Source of the DNA: an uncultured Bacteriovoracaceae bacterium
Lineage (GTDB): Bacteria > Bdellovibrionota > Bacteriovoracia > Bacteriovoracales > Bacteriovoracaceae
Length of the DNA: 64,000 nucleotides
NCBI GenBank assembly: GCA_964399165.1
Contig: CAYNPO010000014.1
Location: 12,147 to 76,146, forward strand
Direction: 5' to 3'
In this document: positions 54,160 to 62,598 of the stretch, in pieces
Numbering within the stretch: position 1 is the stretch's first letter
Layout: the number at the start of each line of letters is the position of its first letter
Translations under genes and position numbers: made by a program
The notes under the pieces: generated by a model
What the model was told of the DNA's origin: nothing
Databases searched by the model: none
Seen by the model: only the letters and a program-made list of their open reading frames with translations

Positions 54160-55268
54160 CTCACATGGAAAATTGGCCAAAGATGGCAGCCATGGCCATT
54201 GAGACCTACAGCTCCCGGCAACAGAATTTCTTGTCCGCCAAAATCCAGGGACAGCAAACCGCCCAGACCTTCTCGGCTCGTGCACCTTTCCCCACCAAGG
54301 CATTGGTGGAACTTTCCAATTGGTGCAACCACGCCTGCGTGTTTTGCACCAACCCGCGCATGGTACGGGGTAAGGGGTTCCTGGATATCGGCCTGTACCG
54401 GCGGTTCGTCCAGGATTCGGTTAGCCTGGGATTGAAGGAACTGGGCCTCTACACCACGGGTGAGCCCTTCTTTGTGAAGAACCTGGTAGACTTTGTGAGT
54501 GTCGCCAAGGACGCGGGCGTGGATTATGTTTACATCACCACCAACGGCGCCATGGCCACCATGGACAAGGTGGAGCCCCTGTTGCGCGCGGGCCTGGATA
54601 GTCTCAAGTTTTCCGTCAACGCCGGCACCCGCGAAACGTACCGATTGGTGCATGGAAAGGACGACTTCGACACCGTGGTGGCGAACATCCGTGCCATCGC
54701 CGCCCGCCAACGAGAAGCCTATCCAAGCCTGCGGCTCTCCGCCTCCTGCGTGGTCACCAAATACGTTGAAAACGAGCGTCAGGCTTTGATCGACGCCATC
54801 GGCGATCTGGTGGAGGAGATTGTCTTTGTGGGCGTGGGCGGGCAGGGGGGCCAATCCCTGGACCAACTTGCCCTCCTTGAGTCCACTCTCTCCGACCGTC
54901 CCCCGCGCCTCGGGGAAGCTAAACCTTGCGCCATGCTTTGGAACCGCTTGCACCTCACGAGGGAGGGGTATCTCACCCTATGCTGCATCGATTATGAGAA
55001 CGTGCTCAGCTACGCCGACTTAAGCCAGGTGTCGGTGGCGGAAGCCTGGAACAACCAAGTCATCATGGAGATGCGCCAGCGACAGATTGATCAGAAGCTT
55101 GAAGACACTCTTTGCCACAATTGCTTGTACAACGAGAAAAAGCCGTTCCGCCCCATTAGCCCCATCGGGCGTGAGGAAGGCGTGGGCTACGAATCCGTCC
55201 ACGAGAAAGGCAGTGCTGGGGTTGCCGACCGCATCGCCCAGCTGGAAAAGAACCACGCCCGCTCTTAG
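54156..55268 (+). CDS. Radical SAM enzyme with Cys-rich C-terminal (SPASM/twitch-like) extension
   Basis: CNHACVFC (CxxxCxxC) at 54324-54347. TTGEPF, ITTNG. C-terminal CAMLWN...LTLCCIDYEN...LCHNCLY. The start is TTG at 54156 or ATG at 54165. Confidence 0.85.
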   Translation: MTHMENWPKMAAMAIETYSSRQQNFLSAKIQGQQTAQTFSARAPFPTKALVELSNWCNHACVFCTNPRMVRGKGFLDIGLYRRFVQDSVSLGLKELGLYTTGEPFFVKNLVDFVSVAKDAGVDYVYITTNGAMATMDKVEPLLRAGLDSLKFSVNAGTRETYRLVHGKDDFDTVVANIRAIAARQREAYPSLRLSASCVVTKYVENERQALIDAIGDLVEEIVFVGVGGQGGQSLDQLALLESTLSDRPPRLGEAKPCAMLWNRLHLTREGYLTLCCIDYENVLSYADLSQVSVAEAWNNQVIMEMRQRQIDQKLEDTLCHNCLYNEKKPFRPISPIGREEGVGYESVHEKGSAGVADRIAQLEKNHARS

Positions 55269-56311
55269 CCCGTTCCCGCCAGCCATTCCGCCACTTCCGG
55301 CGCGCGGCTCCCCACTGCAAGGCCGAGGCAAGCCTGGCCATAAGACACACGGCGTGCGCGATCTGCTACCAGGCGGGCGACCGCCTCCCTCATCGCTCCC
55401 GGGGGGAGCGCCTGGACCTCGCCCAAGTACTCCTGGTATCCATGGGTCGCCAGGCTGCGGGAGAGTTCTACTTGGTTCTCTGCCACCGCCACCACCGTGC
55501 CGGACACGCCGAAGTACGCGCGTTCCCAGGTGATGGAACCGCCCGCACCGAGGTACAAATCGGTCTCCGCCAGCAGCCCCGCCACGTCACGGCTTCCCAC
55601 CACCACGTTGAGACCGGCTTCGGTCCCAGCCGCGCGCCATTCTTCCCGCAGGGGGTGCCCACCGCCCACCAACAAAGTGGCTTCCACCCCCGGGACGGGG
55701 CGCTCCCGCCATTCCCTTAGGAACATGCCAGAAGCGCGGTGGGAATCCGTGCCCCCAAAGAAAACTAAAAGGCGGCGCGCGCCCTCCCGTGGGACGGGGG
55801 GCCGGGCGTGGGAGAAAAATGAGGGGTGCAGCAGGGCGAAGGCGGGACCCAGGAAGAGCTTTGTCGCCATGGGGACCCGACCGGCCCAACGGGCGGCATG
55901 GCCCGCGTGGAAATTCTGGTCCAGGAGTGCGTCGCAGTCATGTTCTCGGAAGAGATCGTCCACGACCAGTACCCGATGCCCGGCAGACCTCATCGTCGTC
56001 TCCCAAGTCTTTCCCAGCGCATAATGGTCGAGGATGACCCCGTCGGGACGCTCTTTTACGAGGGTCGCCAAGACATCCGCCGCGTCCTGAGTTTCGGTGA
56101 AGGAAGCGTCATAGCGCGTCACTTTGAACTGTAATTCCTCAATCACGTTGATTATATTGTGGTCCAGTTCCCGGCACGCGAAAGTCGACAGGTGTCCCCG
56201 GTGGCGCAACCATTGGGCGAGGGCGAGGCATCGCATGACGTGTCCAGTCCCAATGACCGACGATGAATCGCAACGGAACAGGAATTTTTTCGGAGCCCCC
56301 ATGTTGGCCAT
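55265..56311 (-). CDS. pseG: UDP-2,4-diacetamido-2,4,6-trideoxy-beta-L-altropyranose hydrolase PseG
   Basis: The track start at 56545 is an over-extension; ATG at 56311 (or 56302). FLFRCDSSSVIGTGHVMRCLALA is the PseG N-terminal signature. Confidence 0.8.
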   Translation of the reverse strand: MANMGAPKKFLFRCDSSSVIGTGHVMRCLALAQWLRHRGHLSTFACRELDHNIINVIEELQFKVTRYDASFTETQDAADVLATLVKERPDGVILDHYALGKTWETTMRSAGHRVLVVDDLFREHDCDALLDQNFHAGHAARWAGRVPMATKLFLGPAFALLHPSFFSHARPPVPREGARRLLVFFGGTDSHRASGMFLREWRERPVPGVEATLLVGGGHPLREEWRAAGTEAGLNVVVGSRDVAGLLAETDLYLGAGGSITWERAYFGVSGTVVAVAENQVELSRSLATHGYQEYLGEVQALPPGAMREAVARLVADRARRVSYGQACLGLAVGSRAPEVAEWLAGTG

Positions 56312-56332
56312 GTTAACCCAGAAGGAACGTCC

Positions 56333-57376
56333 ATGAAACTCGCCGGCAGGGAAATCGGCTCGGGATTCCGTCCGTATTTCATCGCGGAAATGTCGGGCAA
56401 CCACAACCAATCGCTGGAGAAGGCCCTCTCCATCGTGGACGCTGCCGCGGCAGCGGGGGCCGACGCCCTCAAGATCCAGACCTACACCCCAGACACGCTG
56501 ACCATCGACCACCGCGAAGGGGAGTTTTTCATCGCCGACCCGCAAAGCCTATGGAAGGGACAGTCCCTCTACGAGCTTTACCGGACCGCCATGACCCCGT
56601 GGGAGTGGCATGAACCACTCATGCGCCGATGCCATGAAAAGGGACTGACTTTCTTCAGCACCCCCTTCGACGGCACGGCGGTGGATTTCTTGGAGAGGCT
56701 GGGAACCCCCTTCTACAAGATCGCCTCATTCGAGAACAACGACCTGCCACTCATCCGCCGGGTCGCGGCCACCGGCAAACCCGTGATCATCTCCACGGGC
56801 ATGGCCTCCTTACCAGAAATTGCCGAAGCGGTGGAGGCTGCGCGCGGTGCGGGCTGCAAGGACCTGGTGTTGCTCAAGTGCACCAGTGCCTATCCCGCCC
56901 AGGCCAAAGACTCTAATCTGCGCTCCATTCCCCACCTGCGGGAAACCTTCAAGGTGGACGTGGGACTTTCCGACCACACCATGGGCGGCGCCATCCCTGT
57001 CGCTGCGGTGGCCATGGGCGCCTCGGTCGTGGAGAAGCATTTCACCCTCTCACGCGCTGAGGGAGGCGTGGACTCCGCGTTTTCCCTAGAGCCGGCGGAA
57101 TTCGCCGCCATGGTGAGGGACGCCAGCATGGCCTGGGAGGCGTTGGGCAGTGTCCACTACGGCATGACCGACCAGGAGCAGAAATCCCGCGTCTATCGGC
57201 GTTCGCTCTACGTGGTGAAGGACATCGCCGAAGGGGAGCAGCTGACGAGCGAGAACATTCGCATCATCCGGCCCGGGTTCGGGCTCGCCCCCAAATACCT
57301 GGACGTGGTGCTGGGCAAGCGGGCCAGCCGTCCCCTTAAGCGGGGGACCGCCATGGAATGGGGCTGCTTCTTCTAG
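56333..57376 (+). CDS. pseI: Pseudaminic acid synthase PseI (NeuB family)
   Basis: AAGGAA SD upstream. YFIAEMSGNHNQSLEKA, ALKIQTYTPDT, GLSDHT and a SAF-like C-terminus. Confidence 0.85.
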   Translation: MKLAGREIGSGFRPYFIAEMSGNHNQSLEKALSIVDAAAAAGADALKIQTYTPDTLTIDHREGEFFIADPQSLWKGQSLYELYRTAMTPWEWHEPLMRRCHEKGLTFFSTPFDGTAVDFLERLGTPFYKIASFENNDLPLIRRVAATGKPVIISTGMASLPEIAEAVEAARGAGCKDLVLLKCTSAYPAQAKDSNLRSIPHLRETFKVDVGLSDHTMGGAIPVAAVAMGASVVEKHFTLSRAEGGVDSAFSLEPAEFAAMVRDASMAWEALGSVHYGMTDQEQKSRVYRRSLYVVKDIAEGEQLTSENIRIIRPGFGLAPKYLDVVLGKRASRPLKRGTAMEWGCFF

Positions 57377-57459
57377 GATTCACCAGACGCGTGGCGTTGT
57401 CGGAAACGCTGTAGCTTCCATCCATTCTTCTTTATGATGGGCTCCTTCGAGGAACGCTT

Positions 57460-58485
57460 ATGCCGCATCTGCTAAAGGATAAAACCCTGCTCATTACAGG
57501 GGGCACCGGGTCTTTCGGCCGGGCCTTTACTAGTCACTGCCTGGAAAAATTTCCCGGTCTGAAAAAACTCATCGTCTACTCCCGTGACGAACTCAAGCAG
57601 TACGAAATGATGAACGAACCACAGTTCATCCCGTACGCCGAAAAGCTGCGTTTCTTTATCGGCGATGTGCGGGACGCTGAGCGCCTGCGCCGGGCCTGCG
57701 AGGGTGTTGATTACGTGGTCCATGCCGCCGCCATGAAGCAGGTCCCGGTGGCTGAATACAACCCCATGGAGTGCATCCACACCAACATCATGGGAGCGCA
57801 GAATCTTATCAACGCTGCCCTAGACCAATCCGTTAAGAAAGTGGTGGCCCTCTCCACAGACAAAGCCGCCGCGCCGATCAACCTGTATGGCGCCACCAAG
57901 CTGTGCTCGGACAAGCTCTTCATCGCCGCCAACAACATCCGCGGCTTCCGTGACCTCTCTTTCTCCGTAGTCCGATACGGAAACGTCATGGGCTCCCGTG
58001 GGTCAGTCATCCCGTTCTTTCTCAAGAAGCGTGGCGAGGGCGTGGTGCCGGTCACTCATCAGGACATGACCCGTTTTAACATCACTCTCGAGGAAGGCGT
58101 GCAGCTGGTGCTGCGGGCCCTGGGCGAGGCGATTGGCGGGGAGATTTACGTCCCCAAGATCCCTTCCTACCGTATCCTCGACATGGTCAAGGCCCTGGCC
58201 CCGCGAGCCGAAGTGCGCATGGTGGGCATCCGCCCCGGCGAGAAAATCCACGAAGAGATGATCACCGAGAGCGACGCGCTCAACACCCTCGACTGCGGAT
58301 CGCACTACGTGATCCTGCCCGCCAGCCTCCAGCACGCGGAGGAAGAGTTTGTTCGCCACCACCGCGGCCGCAAGGTCCCACAGGGTTTCCGTTACAATTC
58401 CGGCACCAACGAGAGCTGGCTTACCGTGGACCAAATCCGCCAGCTCGTCCGCCAGCATCTGGATCCGGCTTTCGACCCGGGCTGA
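57460..58485 (+). CDS. pseB: UDP-N-acetylglucosamine 4,6-dehydratase (inverting) PseB
   Basis: GAGGAA SD upstream. LITGGTGSFG, VHAAAMKQVPVAEYNPMECIHTNI, YGATKLCSDK and VRYGNVMGSRGSVIP. Confidence 0.9.
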   Translation: MPHLLKDKTLLITGGTGSFGRAFTSHCLEKFPGLKKLIVYSRDELKQYEMMNEPQFIPYAEKLRFFIGDVRDAERLRRACEGVDYVVHAAAMKQVPVAEYNPMECIHTNIMGAQNLINAALDQSVKKVVALSTDKAAAPINLYGATKLCSDKLFIAANNIRGFRDLSFSVVRYGNVMGSRGSVIPFFLKKRGEGVVPVTHQDMTRFNITLEEGVQLVLRALGEAIGGEIYVPKIPSYRILDMVKALAPRAEVRMVGIRPGEKIHEEMITESDALNTLDCGSHYVILPASLQHAEEEFVRHHRGRKVPQGFRYNSGTNESWLTVDQIRQLVRQHLDPAFDPG

Positions 58486-58489
58486 CTGG

Positions 58490-59635
58490 ATGAAACCTCT
58501 GCATTACGGACGTCAGGACATCAACGACGACGACCTCGCCGCCGTGACTGAGGTTTTGAAGGGTGATTTCCTTACCCAAGGTCCGTGGGTTAAACGCTTT
58601 GAGGATGCTTTCGCGGCTTTCGTGAAAGCCCCTTACGCACTAGCGGTGGGCACCGGAACTGCGGCTTTGCAGCTGTCAGTGGCAGCGCTGGGGATCCGCC
58701 CAGGGCAGAAGGTGATTGTGACCCCGCTGACCTTTTGCGCTTCCGCCAACTCTGTTCGCTACGCGGATGGGGAAGTGGTGTTTTGCGACATCGATCCCTC
58801 CACTGGCAACCTGGACCCCCGCGCTGTGGGAGAGCTGTTGTCCCAGGCGCAATCCGGGGAGTACGCCGGTATTATCACGGTGGATTTCGCGGGTATGCCT
58901 TCCGCCTTACCAGAACTCCGCGCCCTGGCGGATGCACACGGGTTATGGCTCTTGGAAGACGCTTGCCACGCGCCTGGAGGCTTCACGGCCGATGGAGAAC
59001 CCTGCGGTTCCGGCAAGTATGCCGATGCCGCCGTGTTCAGCTTTCACCCGGTGAAGCACCTGACCACCGGCGAGGGCGGCATGGTTACCACCGCTCGCCC
59101 TGACATCGCCGAGCGCATCTCCGTGCTACGCACCCACGGCATCGTGCGCGACTCTGCGAAGTTCAAACGTAGACCTGATGGGCCCTGGTACCATGAGATG
59201 CAGGAGCTGGGGTGGAATCACCGCCTTCCCGACACCGCCTGCGCCCTGGGATTGTCTCAGCTCAAGCGGCTCGGGGCCTTTCTGGAGCGCCGACGCTGGA
59301 TCGCCGCCCGCTATGACGAGGCCTTCAGGGACGCTTCCTCGCTGCCATTCACGCCGGGCGCCCACGCCAAGGGCCACGCCCACCACTTGTACGTTGTGCT
59401 CAATGATCGTCGGGACGAGCTGATGGAACACCTGAAGAAAGAGGGTATCCACCCCCAGGTTCACTACATCCCGACCCACCTGATGCCTTACTACCTCGAG
59501 CGCTACGCGGGGGCATACGAAGGGCGCCTACCCCAAGCCGAGGCGTACTACCGGCGCTGCCTCAGCCTTCCCATGTACCCTGCCATGACCGACGCGGATG
59601 TGGACCGCGTGATCAGATCCGTGCGTTCGTTCTGA
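58490..59635 (+). CDS. pseC: UDP-4-amino-4,6-dideoxy-N-acetyl-beta-L-altrosamine transaminase PseC
   Basis: ATG at 58490, 4 nt after the pseB stop (the track start at 58349 is an over-extension). LHYGRQDINDDD, FLTQGPWVKRFE and SFHPVKHLTTGEGG. Confidence 0.9.
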   Translation: MKPLHYGRQDINDDDLAAVTEVLKGDFLTQGPWVKRFEDAFAAFVKAPYALAVGTGTAALQLSVAALGIRPGQKVIVTPLTFCASANSVRYADGEVVFCDIDPSTGNLDPRAVGELLSQAQSGEYAGIITVDFAGMPSALPELRALADAHGLWLLEDACHAPGGFTADGEPCGSGKYADAAVFSFHPVKHLTTGEGGMVTTARPDIAERISVLRTHGIVRDSAKFKRRPDGPWYHEMQELGWNHRLPDTACALGLSQLKRLGAFLERRRWIAARYDEAFRDASSLPFTPGAHAKGHAHHLYVVLNDRRDELMEHLKKEGIHPQVHYIPTHLMPYYLERYAGAYEGRLPQAEAYYRRCLSLPMYPAMTDADVDRVIRSVRSF

Positions 59636-59641
59636 GCGTCT

Positions 59642-60283
59642 TCAGCCTTTGTGGATCTTCAGCACATACTTGCGGCCGTGCAGATGGAAGAATGCTGGGT
59701 ATCGTTCGTTGTCGCACACTCTGAGCAAGTTGAATTGCTCTGCGATAGACTTGTGCGGGTCGAGTTCGCTGTCGGCGGGCCCGCGACGCGGGTAGCGGGA
59801 TTCCGCTCCCTCCTGAGGCTTAGCTAGCGCCGCGGGGTAAGCATCAAAAAAGCTCCCCATCAGCCGGACTGTGGCCGCTGCGATCGCCTCGCGGATCTCC
59901 TCCACCAATTCATGTCCTTCAAATGCTAATTCGTCCCGTAGGTAAACCGGGCCCGAATCGAGACCTTCCGCTGCCTCAAAAAGAGTGAGGGGGATGAGAT
60001 TTTTTCCCTCAAGAATCTGCCATGTGGCGGGGGACATGCCCTTGCCCTGCGGGAGGGCGCTGGCGTGGACTACCAGGTTATGCCGGTGGCGGGCCAGGAA
60101 AGCGGCATCCACCACCCGCTCATAACTCAGGAGCAGGCACACGTCGGCGGCACCGGTTTCGGCGCGGTGGTCGTGCCCCAGGCGAGTAAGGGCGTCGGGA
60201 AAACGGCGCTTGATCTCCTCTTCAAGCGTCGGCACGTATTTGATGAACCAACTTTTCTCGTCGACCAGGATCAAGCATTGCAT
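59642..60283 (-). CDS. Short formyltransferase-fold protein (N-terminal domain only; divergent active site)
   Basis: NLVVHASALPQGKG and GLDSGPV. 213 aa. The Asn of the N-x-H motif is absent. Confidence 0.65.
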   Translation of the reverse strand: MQCLILVDEKSWFIKYVPTLEEEIKRRFPDALTRLGHDHRAETGAADVCLLLSYERVVDAAFLARHRHNLVVHASALPQGKGMSPATWQILEGKNLIPLTLFEAAEGLDSGPVYLRDELAFEGHELVEEIREAIAAATVRLMGSFFDAYPAALAKPQEGAESRYPRRGPADSELDPHKSIAEQFNLLRVCDNERYPAFFHLHGRKYVLKIHKG

Positions 60284-61416
60284 GTCAGAAGCCTATGGTA
60301 GATGTCCCGCAAGACGGGTTCTTGTTTTTCCCATGTGAAGCCAGCCCCCAACTCTCGGGCAGTGGCCTTCCGCGCCTCCAGACCGTGACGCACTTCCCGC
60401 AGCGCCGCCAGCAGCGCTTCGGGGGTTTCGTGCTCGATCACCACGCCTGCTCCCGTGCCTGCCAGTCTCACGCGCAGTTCGTACAGGTCGGTGCTCACCA
60501 CCGGCAATCCCGCCTGGAGGTACTCGAAGAATTTATTAGGCAGGCAAAATAAGTGGTTGCGACAGGAGGTGTCGGTCAGGCAGATGCCCACGTCCGCGGC
60601 GCAGGCGTGGCGGAATACGTCTGATGGAGGGACCGCGGGGTGAGCGTGAAGGTGCGGGTACCGGGCGGCGGCGGCTTCCACCAAAGGCGCAAGGGGGCCG
60701 TAACCCATAACCACAACATGGCCTTCATCCGGGGGAAGGAGTGCGAAAGCCTCGAGGATGAGTTCGATGCCGCGGCCAGCGACCAGTCCCCCTTGGTAAA
60801 GGTATACCGGAACGTGGTCTGGGATGCCGTACATCTGGTGGAAGAGCCGCGAAGGCACCGGAGTTTGTGCCGGCGGGCAGTTGAGCACCAGTTCGGGTTG
60901 TACGCCGTAGAGGTGCCGGTAATTGGCGGCGATGGAGGGACTCACCGTTACGACCGCGTCGGCACAATGGATGAGCAGGCGCTCAAGGACCTTGGTGATG
61001 GTCTTTTTCAGTCCATGCAGGCTTTTAGTTTCCGTCTCGAATTCATGAGCGTCGTACACCACTTTCACACCGCGCGCCGCTTTTGCCAGGAATCCCGCGA
61101 TTAACGGATCAAGATCGTGGCAATGCACGACTCTCGCGCCTTCCCGCTGGATTTCGCGTTGACAGCGCCAGGCCCAGACCAGGATGCCCAAGAAACCGGT
61201 GGCCTTGTTCCGCGCCCATGAGGGCGGGCGTGGCAAGCGGAGCCTTCGGAGTTGGACGCCTTCCCCCAAACACTCCTGCTCCGGCAGCCCGGCACCCGCA
61301 GTGGCCAGGACCAGTTGGGGACTGATGCCGATGGCACTCAAGGTCGCCACTTCCTTCAACACTCGTGAGTCGTTGGTGAATGTGTTGTGGACCACGTGGC
61401 AAACCACAGCACTCAT
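60271..61416 (-). CDS. Glycosyltransferase family 4 (GT-B)
   Basis: ATG at 61416 forms an ATGA overlap (the track start at 61467 is an over-extension). HNTFTNDSRVLKE N-terminus and NKFFEYLQAGLPVVSTD. Confidence 0.8.
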   Translation of the reverse strand: MSAVVCHVVHNTFTNDSRVLKEVATLSAIGISPQLVLATAGAGLPEQECLGEGVQLRRLRLPRPPSWARNKATGFLGILVWAWRCQREIQREGARVVHCHDLDPLIAGFLAKAARGVKVVYDAHEFETETKSLHGLKKTITKVLERLLIHCADAVVTVSPSIAANYRHLYGVQPELVLNCPPAQTPVPSRLFHQMYGIPDHVPVYLYQGGLVAGRGIELILEAFALLPPDEGHVVVMGYGPLAPLVEAAAARYPHLHAHPAVPPSDVFRHACAADVGICLTDTSCRNHLFCLPNKFFEYLQAGLPVVSTDLYELRVRLAGTGAGVVIEHETPEALLAALREVRHGLEARKATARELGAGFTWEKQEPVLRDIYHRLLTCNA

Positions 61417-62516
61417 TGGGATACCTCGCGCAGGAAATCGAATGTCTTGCGGGCGACTCCTTCCCATGACAGGTGGGTGATGGCATGGGCACGTACAGTT
61501 TCCGGGGGAACCGTCCCCGAGAGCGCCTCTCGCACCGTCTTGGCCAAAGCCGAGGGAGCAGAGCTTTCCGCCCGAAAGGCGAAACCGCTGCCTTCTATCT
61601 CAGGGGCTTCCCGCGTGACGTGCACCAGCGGTTTGCCCATGGCCATATAATGCCGAACTTTCAACGAACGGCCTTCAGCCAGGCCCGCTCGGTCAAAAGC
61701 GAGGGGAGCCACGCCAACATCACAGGCCCACACCACTTCACTCACTTCCTCGTGGGAAAGCCAGGGAAGCACGTGCACCCGCGGGCCTTGGACCGCGGCA
61801 GCCGCTTCAGGTGTGTCGGCTCCAATCAACACCAAATCAACGTTTTCGGGGAAGGATGGTAGCGCGGCCAGAAGACGGTCATGGCCGTGCCACGGGCGGG
61901 TAAAACCCGCCATCACTAAAAGTATTCTTTCCATCGGTAGCCGCCATTTCGCGCGTATTTGTGCAACCGAGGAGGAGGGGACGGGGGGAATTTCAATTCC
62001 GTTCCCTGCTACCAGAGTGGGGATGTGGTTACCTCCCCGTGCAGCCGCGTCTCGGGTAATTTCTGGTGTCACAGGGAGGAGGGCGGAGGCGTGGCGGAGG
62101 GAGAAGGTTTCGCATGCGGGGTAGAGCAGGGCTTTGAAGTTCTTCCCCTGGCTTCTCAACTCCGAGGCCCACAGCGTGTTGATCTCGTAGGCGTAGCGCA
62201 GCCCCAGCTTGCGTAAGGGACGGGTGAACAACGGGTAGTCCAAGGGAAAGGGGCGGGTGTAAACCCAATCGGGGCGAGGGGAGTGGCGAAGGTGCTCCAG
62301 CGCCGCCCGGGCAAAACCTGCCACGCGGGACATGGCGCTGCCAGTCAACGGGAAAGCAGTCACGTTCAGCCCCACCGGCGCTCGACCCACGTCTCCCAGG
62401 CACAACAAACGCGCTTCCACTCCATTGGCTGCAGCGTGGCGGCACAACCCCAACACATGCTGGAGCGCTCCCCCCGTGTCGCCGAGATCCAGGGGGACCG
62501 CGTAGGTGATTTTCAT
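61413..62516 (-). CDS. Glycosyltransferase family 4-like (GT-B)
   Basis: Start chosen at the ATG giving MKITYAVPLDLGDTGG (62516); the track start at 62738 crosses the divergent intergenic region. GT-B C-terminal KVRHYMAMGKPLV. Confidence 0.65.
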   Translation of the reverse strand: MKITYAVPLDLGDTGGALQHVLGLCRHAAANGVEARLLCLGDVGRAPVGLNVTAFPLTGSAMSRVAGFARAALEHLRHSPRPDWVYTRPFPLDYPLFTRPLRKLGLRYAYEINTLWASELRSQGKNFKALLYPACETFSLRHASALLPVTPEITRDAAARGGNHIPTLVAGNGIEIPPVPSSSVAQIRAKWRLPMERILLVMAGFTRPWHGHDRLLAALPSFPENVDLVLIGADTPEAAAAVQGPRVHVLPWLSHEEVSEVVWACDVGVAPLAFDRAGLAEGRSLKVRHYMAMGKPLVHVTREAPEIEGSGFAFRAESSAPSALAKTVREALSGTVPPETVRAHAITHLSWEGVARKTFDFLREVSQ

Positions 62517-62522
62517 GGCGCC

Positions 62523-62528
62523 AGGATA
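62523..62528 (-). promoter_or_regulatory. -10-like hexamer TATCCT, 6 nt upstream of the ATG at 62516
   Basis: Reverse strand reads ggTATCCTggcgccATG with no SD. Confidence 0.25.
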
Positions 62529-62586
62529 CCGTCTCGCCTGAGGCTTTAAAAGAGACATTCCCGTTCCTTCTCCGGTGTCTCCTGGG

Positions 62587-62592
62587 TAAGAT
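62587..62592 (+). promoter_or_regulatory. -10-like hexamer TAAGAT, 6 nt upstream of the ATG at 62599
   Basis: ggTAAGATgacccgATG with no SD. Confidence 0.3.
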
Positions 62593-62598
62593 GACCCG

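Noticed and set aside
54156-55268. The radical SAM/SPASM-like gene as the core of a RiPP (peptide-modification) cluster
   Set aside because: There is no plausible small precursor ORF, peptidase or RiPP transporter adjacent. Both neighbours are sugar enzymes, so a carbohydrate substrate is more parsimonious.
41847-60283. Calling the region a flagellin-glycosylation island, because Leg and Pse are classic flagellin glycans
   Set aside because: The window has no flagellin, maf/motility-accessory-factor or flagellar genes. The GT4s, capsule-type GTs, ABC exporter and OMP fit a surface polysaccharide or LPS at least as well, so the acceptor stays unassigned.
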